Part shown: one piece after another, positions 54,831 through 64,000 of the stretch
Layout: each line of letters starts with the position of its first letter
Numbering within the stretch: position 1 is the first letter of the stretch
Origin: Eledone cirrhosa
Lineage: Eukaryota
Reading direction: 5' to 3'
Length of the DNA stretch: 64,000 nt
Assembly: GCA_964016885.1 (NCBI GenBank)
Contig: OZ024746.1
Location: 32,178,001 to 32,242,000, forward strand
Program-made: the position numbers and the translations under genes
Notes under the pieces: model-generated
The model's database searches: none
What the model was told of the DNA's origin: nothing
The model's input: only the letters and a program-made list of their open reading frames with translations

Positions 54831-55416
54831 CCTACATGTGTGTGAGTATGCATTGCATGATAGTTCTCTGTTGGTGCCAGTACTTCTGTTGCAAGACAAA
54901 TGCCATTGTTGATATTACAAATTTGAGTAAATAGGAAATGTTCAAATTTCAGAACAACTTGGCTAATTTGAGAAGAAAAAAACTCATTAAGTTTCAACAG
55001 AATGTATAATTTTCACAGTTTCTTGTGTTCTTACAAGCATTTTAATAAATTTATCCAAATATCAGAAAGGGTTAATATGTCATTGATATGAGATAAACAA
55101 ACATAGCCCAGCTCTAAATTAAACAGAAATTCTCTGGAGATAGAATCTAATATGTAAAAACTAGCAGTTATTTTATAAACTCTCGCTGTTTTCAGAGAAA
55201 AAAAAACAACAAATTGAGACATTTTTCACAAGTTAAAAGGTTAAAGATCGGGGTAAAAAAACTGAGAGACAAGTTGTTGTTGTTAGTGGTTGTTGTTAGT
55301 GGTTGTGCTATGGTGGTGGAGGTGTTATCGGAGACTGGCAAACTAAACTTAGCAATGGTGGTGGTGGTGGTAGTAGGTCATCATAAGCATGCAGTTTAGT
55401 TGGACTATACACACAC

Positions 55417-55447
<31 letters not shown>

Positions 55448-55459
55448 TGTATGTATGTA

Positions 55460-55503
<44 letters not shown>

Positions 55504-55798
55504 CACGTACACACACACACATGTATGTATAGCATATATGTGTGTGTATATATATACACGTACACACACACACACATGTATGTATAGCATATATGTGTGT
55601 GTGTATATATATATACACGTACACACACACACATGTATGTATAGCATATATGTGTGTATATATATATACACGTACACACACACACACACATGTATGTATA
55701 GCATATATGTTTATATATATACACACACACACACACATGTATGTATAGCATATATGTTTATATATATATATACACACGCACACACATGTATGTATAGC

Positions 55799-55829
<31 letters not shown>

Positions 55830-55914
55830 CATACATACATACATACATATATATATATGTATACTGCGTATATATATATGTATACATACATACATACACA
55901 TGTATAGTGCGCAC

Positions 55915-55949
<35 letters not shown>

Positions 55950-56129
55950 GAGACTCACAGATGACAAAGGCAAGTGACGGGGTGGATGAGGTTAAGAGAT
56001 GCCGTGCTGAGAAGGACCCGTCCAACCCATGCAAGCATGAAAAAACAGCTGTAAAAACGATGATGATATATATATACAATTACACACACAGTGTGAAAAT
56101 TGTTAAATGTGCAGTTTACAAGAGGCTAT

Positions 56130-56132
56130 ATA

Positions 56133-56193
<61 letters not shown>

Positions 56194-56576
56194 TATATAC
56201 ATATATATTCATATATATATACATATATATTCATATATATATACATATACATATATATATACATATATATTCATATATATATACATATATATTCATATAT
56301 ATATACATATATATTCATATATATATACATATATATTCATATATATATACATACATATACATATATACATACATATACATATATATATACATATATATTC
56401 ATATATATATACATATATATTCATATATATATACATACATATATACATACATATACATACATATACATACATATACATATATATATACATACATATACAT
56501 ATACATACATATACATATACATACATATATACATACATATACATATACATACATATATATATATATATATACATAC

Positions 56577-56607
<31 letters not shown>

Positions 56608-56730
56608 CATACATATATATATACATATATATATATATATACATACATACATACATACATATATATATACATATATATATATATATACATACATACATAC
56701 ATACATATATATATACATATATATATATAT

Positions 56731-56805
<75 letters not shown>

Positions 56806-57076
56806 CATACATATATACATACATATACATATATATATACATACATATTCATATATATATATATACACATACATATTCATATATATATATATACACATAC
56901 ATATTCATATATATATACACATACATATTCATATATATATATATATACATACATATTCATACATATATATATATATATATATACATATCCATATATATAT
57001 ATATATATATACATATTCATACATATATATATATATATATACATATCCATATATATATATATATATATACATATTC

Positions 57077-57108
<32 letters not shown>

Positions 57109-57184
57109 TCATATATATATATATATATATATACATATTCATATATATATATATATATATACATATTCATATATATATATATAT
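56130..57184. repeat. Compound (TA)n microsatellite with catattc punctuation (left flank of full-length RTE)
   Basis: Direct reading. Confidence 0.95.
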
Positions 57185-60100
57185 GCCATTTCCACTGCTG
57201 CTGCTGCTACTACCTGCCTAACTAACTCTCTCCTCCTCTGGCGCATCCCAACACACCCTGCCATTACCCCACCACCACTGTCCTTCTAGCCCTCAATTTT
57301 CCCACCGTTAGGGATGGATGAGCTGGGAATACACGAGCAACTCTGAATCAATAGATGAAATATGAATCTGCGAGCTACCAAGCACCCACGTGAAGCGCCA
57401 ACCCAGAGACCCTCCCCTACGAGTGTCGACAAATGCCCAAAACTCCGAGTTGGTACCATCAATGTAGGCTCAATGAAAGGAAGAGCAGGAGAAATCGTAG
57501 AAATGCTAGAGCGAAAGGAAGTTGATGTATGCTGTGTGCAAGAGACTAGATGGAGAGGAGGGTCTGCTAGAGTCCTTGTAGGAAAAAGCCAGTGCTACAA
57601 ATTTTTCTGGGTGGGAAATGACGATGGGATGGGTGGTGTAGGTATACTATTAGCTGACAAGTGGGTAGATAAAGTAATCTCAGTGTACAGGGTAAATGCA
57701 AGAATCATTAAACTCAGACTAGTCCTGAATAAGACAATTACCACAATAATATCAGCTTACGCACCCCAATCGGGGCTGCCAGACGAACTTAAGGATAGGT
57801 TTTACGAGTCCCTAATACACACTACTGCTCTAACAGACGACAAGGACTTCCTAATCATTGCAGGAGATTTTAACGGACACGTAGGTAAACACTGCGACGG
57901 CTTCGATAGAGTACATGGAGGCCATGGAGTTGGCACAAGGAATGAGGAAGGATTCAGACTTCTAGAATTCTGCGACGCCAATGACATGTCGATATGTAAC
58001 ACAAACTTTAAAAAACCCGACAACCACCTGATCACCTATAGATCAGGGGAGCACTCTAGTCAGTTAGATTTTATCCTCATCAGAGGACGTGACAGATGGA
58101 CGGTCGTAAACACAAAAGCCTTCCCTAGTGAGGAATGTACATCCCAACATAGCTTAGTTGTCAGCGACCTCACGGTCAGAACTAGACGAGCCCTGAAACA
58201 GAGGCCAACCTGGAGAAGAAAGATCTGGAAGCTGAAAGTCCCCTCAACCAGTAACAGATTTAAAGATATTTTACTCAACGCCTACGACAGTAAAGAAGAA
58301 CAGATAGAGACATTTAACGTAGAAGAGAACTGGGAGTTCCTAAAAAATAACTTACTAGAGGCGACGGATGAGGTTTGTGGCTGGAGTAAGACCTCAAGCA
58401 GGAGGAGAGTGACTTGGTGGTGGAACAATAAGGTAGATGAAGCAGTCAAGGCCAAGAGACAGGCATGGAAAGAATGGAAGAACGGGGGGAGCAGGGTACA
58501 TTACATAGAGACCAAGAGGGAAGCTAGGCGACAAGTATACTTAGCTAGGAGGGAAGCAGAGGATAGAAAATTCAAGCATGTTTTACAACGTGAGGACCAG
58601 AAACAGGAGGTATTCAAGATTGCGAGGCAGTGTGTCAGAGATAGTTGTGATGTCATTGGAGAGAAGTGTATCCGGAATGATAAAGGTGAGCTTGCCCTCA
58701 CAAGTGCTGAGAAGAAAGATGCATGGAAGAGTCATTATGATAGATTACTAAATGAGGAGAATGCATGGGAAGAAGAGACCCTACCCCACGTAGACCCTAT
58801 AGAGGGACCAGCAGTACAAGTCAGCGGCAGCGTAGTAAGTAAGGCAATCAGAGATATGAAGATAGGGAAGGCAACCGGTCCATCGGGTATAGCTGCCGAG
58901 ATGCTGAAGGCATCTGGGTCTGTAGGTCACACTATAACCACACGTATCGTTAACCAGGTAATACTAGAGGGGGCCATACCAAAAGATTGGTGCAGTAGCA
59001 TCATTGTCAACTGCTACAAAGGTAAAGGCGATGCACTAGATAGAGGAAACTATAGAGGTATAAAGTTGATGGACCAGGTCATGAAAGTAACAGAAAGAGT
59101 TATAGCACAGCTGATTAGGGACCGGGTGAATATAGACGAGATGCAATTTGGGTTTGTTCCAGGGAAAGGCACCACTGATGCGCTCTTCCTTGTGAGGCAA
59201 TTACAGGAAAAGTACCTAGCTAAAAGTAAGCCACTCTACTTGGCATTTGTCGACCTTGAGAAAGCCTTTGACAGAGTTCCACGTGCAGTAATCTGGTGGG
59301 CTCTTAGAAAACTAGGAGTAGATGAATGGCTTGTGAAAGCGGTACAAGCCATGTATAGGGGAGCAGTCAGCAAAGTTAGGATTGGCAATGAGTATAGCGA
59401 GGAATTTAGCGTACAGGTTGGGGTCCACCAGGGCTCTGTTCTTAGCCCTCTCCTGTTCATCATAGTCCTGCAGGCAATAACGGAGGAGTTTAAGACCGGA
59501 TGCCCATGGGAACTCCTGTATGCTGATGACCTCGCACTCATAGCTGAATCTATGGTAGAACTAGAGAATAAATTCCAAACCTGGAAGCAGGGACTAGAGA
59601 GAAAGGGCCTCAAAGTCAACATGACAAAGACTAAGGTCCTTATAAGTAGACGAGAAAACAGAACCCAGATCCCCTCAGGGAAATGGCCTTGCTCAGTATG
59701 TAGGAAAGGTGTAGGTAGGAACTCCATTCTTTGCCCCAAATGCAAACAATGGGTACACAAGAGATGTAGCGGGATCTCAGGAAGCTTAATTAAGAATGTA
59801 GGATTCACATGCAGCAGCTGTGCTGAAACAGCAAGCAAACAGCCACAGGAAACAAGTACCACCAATCTCTGGGAGGGCCCTGTAGAAACAGTAGACAGCT
59901 TCTGCTACCTAGGTGACCGAATTAGCAACGGAGGTGGGTGCTCAGAAAGTACAATAACTAGGGTAAGAACGGGATGGAAGAAGTTTAGGGAACTACTACC
60001 ACTGCTAGCTGCAAAAGGCTTCTCCCTCAGAATGAAAGGCAGACTGTATGATGCGTGTATCCGAACAGCGATGTTGCATGGTAGTGAGACCTGGGCGCTG

Positions 60101-60781
60101 AAGGTGGAAGACTTACGTAGATTAGAGAGAAACGAAGCCTGCATGCTCCGATGGATGTGTAACAGTAATATACGTGAACGACAAAGCATAAATGAATTGA
60201 GAGAGAGACTGAGCATAAGAGGAATCAAATGCTGCGTGCAGGAGAGGCGGTTACGCTGGTATGGACATGTGATGCGTATGAAGGATGACAGCTGCATAAA
60301 AAGGTGCAGAGCACTAGAAGTTGATGGAAACCGCGGAGTGGGGAGACCCAAGATGACTTGGGATGAGGTGATAAAAGCCGACCTTACCCAACTACACCTC
60401 TCAAAGTCAATGACACACGACCGTGACTTCTGGCGTCACACAGTAATACAGGGTACCCGACCTCCCATGGGTACATGCTGAAGCATATAAACGATATGCC
60501 CCCCCCCCCCCACCGCAAGGTGGTCGTGGAGGTGCCACGGCAAAACAGCACCCAGCCCACACTGTAAAGTGGACGTGTAGGCGCCACGAAAAAGCACCCA
60601 GCACTCACTGTAAATGAGGTTGGTGTTAGGAAGGGCATCCAGCTGTAGAAATCAAGCCAGATCAGTTCCTGTATGAGCAAGGCATGGTCAGCCGACCAGA
60701 CACTGCCCACAACAGGACAACCCGTCTAACCCATGCTAGCGTGGAAGAACGGACGTAAAACGGTGATGATGATGATGATGA
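57185..60781 (+). mobile_element. Apparently full-length RTE-clade non-LTR retrotransposon (subfamily A) with 5' UTR, single ORF, 3' UTR and (GAT)n tail
   Basis: One 1039-aa ORF, ~300-bp 3' UTR ending in gatgatgat, inserted in TA-rich microsatellite. Confidence 0.92.
57362..60481 (+). CDS. RTE polyprotein: APE endonuclease + reverse transcriptase with internal PHD-type zinc finger
   Basis: APE motifs GTINV, VQETR, AYAP, AGDFNGH, LDFIL; RT motifs QFGF, FVDLEKAFD, QGSVLSP, YADD, FCYLG; RTE C-terminus RLRWYGHVMR...GRPK. Confidence 0.95.
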   Translation: MNLRATKHPREAPTQRPSPTSVDKCPKLRVGTINVGSMKGRAGEIVEMLERKEVDVCCVQETRWRGGSARVLVGKSQCYKFFWVGNDDGMGGVGILLADKWVDKVISVYRVNARIIKLRLVLNKTITTIISAYAPQSGLPDELKDRFYESLIHTTALTDDKDFLIIAGDFNGHVGKHCDGFDRVHGGHGVGTRNEEGFRLLEFCDANDMSICNTNFKKPDNHLITYRSGEHSSQLDFILIRGRDRWTVVNTKAFPSEECTSQHSLVVSDLTVRTRRALKQRPTWRRKIWKLKVPSTSNRFKDILLNAYDSKEEQIETFNVEENWEFLKNNLLEATDEVCGWSKTSSRRRVTWWWNNKVDEAVKAKRQAWKEWKNGGSRVHYIETKREARRQVYLARREAEDRKFKHVLQREDQKQEVFKIARQCVRDSCDVIGEKCIRNDKGELALTSAEKKDAWKSHYDRLLNEENAWEEETLPHVDPIEGPAVQVSGSVVSKAIRDMKIGKATGPSGIAAEMLKASGSVGHTITTRIVNQVILEGAIPKDWCSSIIVNCYKGKGDALDRGNYRGIKLMDQVMKVTERVIAQLIRDRVNIDEMQFGFVPGKGTTDALFLVRQLQEKYLAKSKPLYLAFVDLEKAFDRVPRAVIWWALRKLGVDEWLVKAVQAMYRGAVSKVRIGNEYSEEFSVQVGVHQGSVLSPLLFIIVLQAITEEFKTGCPWELLYADDLALIAESMVELENKFQTWKQGLERKGLKVNMTKTKVLISRRENRTQIPSGKWPCSVCRKGVGRNSILCPKCKQWVHKRCSGISGSLIKNVGFTCSSCAETASKQPQETSTTNLWEGPVETVDSFCYLGDRISNGGGCSESTITRVRTGWKKFRELLPLLAAKGFSLRMKGRLYDACIRTAMLHGSETWALKVEDLRRLERNEACMLRWMCNSNIRERQSINELRERLSIRGIKCCVQERRLRWYGHVMRMKDDSCIKRCRALEVDGNRGVGRPKMTWDEVIKADLTQLHLSKSMTHDRDFWRHTVIQGTRPPMGTC

Positions 60782-61063
60782 TATACATATTCATATATAT
60801 ATATATATATATACATATTCATATATATATATATATATATACATATTCATATACATATTCATATATATATATATATATATACATATTCATATATATATAT
60901 ATATATATACATATTCATATATATATATATATATATACATATTCATATATATATATATATATATACATATTCATATATATATATATATATATATACATAT
61001 TCATATATATATATATATATATATATACATATTCATATATATATATATATATATATATACATA

Positions 61064-61100
<37 letters not shown>

Positions 61101-61102
61101 TC

Positions 61103-61134
<32 letters not shown>

Positions 61135-61235
61135 TCATATATATATATATATATATATATACATATTCATATATATATATATATATATATATACATATTC
61201 ATATATATATATTCATATATATATATATATACATA

Positions 61236-61320
<85 letters not shown>

Positions 61321-61631
61321 TCATATATATATATATATATATACATATACATATTCATATATATATATTCATATTCATATATATATATATATACATATTC
61401 ATATATATATATATATATATACATATTCATATATATATATATATTTATACATACATATTCATATATATATATATACATATTCATATATATATATATTTAT
61501 ACATACATATTCATATATATATATATACATATTCATATATATATATATTTATACATACATATTCATATATATATATATATACATACATACATATTCATAT
61601 ATATATACATACATATTCATATATATATATA
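60782..61631. repeat. Compound (TA)n microsatellite with catattc punctuation (right flank of full-length RTE)
   Basis: Same punctuation motif as the left flank. Confidence 0.95.
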
Positions 61632-61989
61632 AGTGAGCATGTATGTTTGAATAAACACGTGTTAACAGAATTCATATTAAGAAAGCTAAATGTTATTTTG
61701 ATTTCCCTGTTAACTAAACAATGAGGTTATCATAGACTAACTAATGCTTTTATTTGCTGTTACATAATCTGATAATTAGTAACAACTGACCTTTAGCTGT
61801 CCCATACCAATTTCCAAACATCTAATTACAGCAACAATAATTCAACAGCAATTTGATACAGTGTAAACATTATATAATAAATTGAACAACGTTTCCAGTA
61901 AATGCTAAGATTTCACCAAGTTCAAGAATTTAATGATAACATCCTATAATGATTTAGCAGAAAATACCTAAAAAGAGTTAATTCAAATG

Positions 61990-62480
61990 TCTATAAACAT
62001 CCTAATTTGTGGACAGAGAAGAAAGGAGGTAGGTGTAAAAGCCAAACTCCTTTTCAATTTGGTATTCGTGCCAATCCTTGCTTATATTTGTGAATCATGA
62101 ATACAAGCGGCTGAAATTGGATTCCTGTGAAGTGTCTTTGAAGTAACGTTACTCAATAAAGTGCATAGCTCAGAGATTAGAGAGACAGTCCATGTAGAGT
62201 TGCTACTTCTCCGAATTGAGAGATCACAGTTCCGATACTATGGGCATGTAGTTAGAATGTCTCAGGAAAGACTCGGACAGATTTTACAGGCAAAAACCAG
62301 CCGGCAGGAGACCCAGAGGTAGACAACAAGCAAGATGGCTGGATAACATCCATGAGCTTGGCTGTCTCACTCAAGGATCCAGCCAGATCTGCTGGAGACA
62401 CTTGCTTTTGATTGACAGGACCTGCTGGAAGGAGTGATTGAAGACTCTGCTCCCACCACCCTCTCAGAAATAAGTGGGAG
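61990..62480 (+). mobile_element. 3' fragment of the older RTE-like family
   Basis: Shares gaattgagagatcacag, catgtagttagaatgtctcag and ggataacatccatgagctt with 205-756. Confidence 0.7.
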
Positions 62481-62951
62481 AAAAAAAAAAAAGATAGGTC
62501 AAAGCAGGATTTGAACTCAGAATGTAAAGAGCCATATCAAATATCTCAAGGCAACAAATTCAAAACTGACTATTACATAAGTCAGAATTGGTGATAATGA
62601 TGATAGTGGTGATGATGGCAATGATGACAAACTTTTTGATAAAGATACTGATGATAATAAAAATGATCATAAAGATGATAATGATGATGATGATAAAAAT
62701 TATGAAAAAGATGCTAATGATGATGATCACCCTCATGATAAAGATGGTGGCATACTATCTTTACATGTAGTCCTCCTTTCTCTTCCTCATCCTTCTCCCC
62801 CATTTGATCTAATCATATTCATTATGACTCATCAGTAAACTCCCAACCCACACCTGCCCAAATACTTACTGTGAATATAAGGCAGAGTGGAGGTTCATTG
62901 TGATATGTTGATACACCTGTAAGACAGCAGGGTATATGTAATGTATGTATG

Positions 62952-63021
<70 letters not shown>

Positions 63022-63106
63022 TCCATGCCAAGATATATATATACCCATGACAACATCTCTGCTTGTGATATCTTCATAGCAGGCACACTGGATATATATA
63101 CATATA

Positions 63107-64000
63107 TCATGAAGGTCACGGAAAAAGTAATAGCGCAACTAATCAGAGAGAGAATTGACCTAGATGAAATGCAGTTCGGGTTTGTGTCAGGCAAAGTACC
63201 ACAGACGCTCTTTTCATTGTACGTCAACTACAGGAAAAGTACCTAGCTAAAGGTAAACCCCTCTACTTAGCTTTTGTCGACTTGGAGAAAGCCTTCGACA
63301 GAGTCCCCCGTTCCATTATCTGGTGAGCCCTTAGAAAACTAGGTGTCGACGAATGGCTTGTGAGAGCTATACAAGCCATGTATAAAGAAACAGTCAGCAA
63401 GGCTAGAATTAACAACGAATATAGTGAAGAGTTTAGCGTAAAAGTTGGCGTCCATCAGGGCTCTGTTCTCAGCCCCCTACTATTTATTATTGCCCTTCAG
63501 GCTATAACAGAGGAGTTCAAGACCGCTGCCCATGGGAACTCCTATACACAGACGACCTGACACTCATAGCTGAATCAATGGCCGAGCTAGAGAAGAAATT
63601 CCAAACATGGAAGCACGGCCTAGAATCAAAAGGCCTTAAAATTAACCTGGCTAAGACTAAAGTTCTAGTTTGTAGGAAAGAAAATAAGGCGGCGGTCCCT
63701 TCCGGGAAATGGCCATGCTCAGTGTGTAGGAAAGGCGTAGGTAGAAACTCCATTTTATGTCCCAAATGCAAAGTATGGGTGCATAAAAGATGTAGTGGGA
63801 TCACAGGTAAGCTAACTAAGAACTTAGATTTTACATGTGGGCGGTGCTCTGGGGCAATAAGTAGCAGCGAGTGCCCACAAAATACTAGCTCTTACAACTG
63901 TGCAGAGGGCTCTATAGAAATTGTGGACAGCTTCCGTTACCTGGGTGACAAAATCAGCAGTGGGGGTAGCTCTTACAACTGCGCAGAGGGCTCTATAGAA
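63107..64000 (+). pseudogene. 5'-truncated, frameshifted RTE subfamily B copy running off the window
   Basis: Matches 4349 onward; 1-nt deletions, TGG>TGA near 63324, short internal duplication at the window end. Confidence 0.9.

Noticed and set aside
57185-57361. HDV-like ribozyme in the RTE 5' UTR, known from some RTEs
   Set aside because: Could not identify the nested double-pseudoknot pairings by eye; a motif search would be needed
62800-62840. Minus-strand CTGATGAG with a short stem
   Set aside because: No GAAA or NUH downstream, so not a hammerhead

Overview
AT-rich, microsatellite-dense animal genomic DNA; the repeat content suggests a cephalopod such as Octopus (inference). The window is mostly intronic. 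A minus-strand host gene, largely missed by the ORF track, contributes four phase-compatible GT-AG exons (47666-47731, 27189-27340, 26599-26695, 24052-24747). They encode the N-terminal PH domain and a Ser-rich linker of an MPRIP/outspread-family protein. The introns contain an apparently full-length intact RTE-clade LINE (57.2-60.8 kb) and a nearly identical 5'-truncated copy in opposite orientation (7.1-10.3 kb). They also hold a second RTE subfamily, older RTE fragments, a decayed Tx1/L1-type LINE, two tRNA-derived SINE families, mariner remnants, MITEs and three satellites (23 bp; 47 bp over ~10 kb; 52-57 bp). The most notable observations are several minimal type-I hammerhead-ribozyme motifs in Penelope-like non-coding elements, a PHD finger inside the RTE reverse transcriptase, modular LINE/SINE 3' tails and long foldback hairpins. 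All coordinates and comparisons were read by eye; no searches were run.
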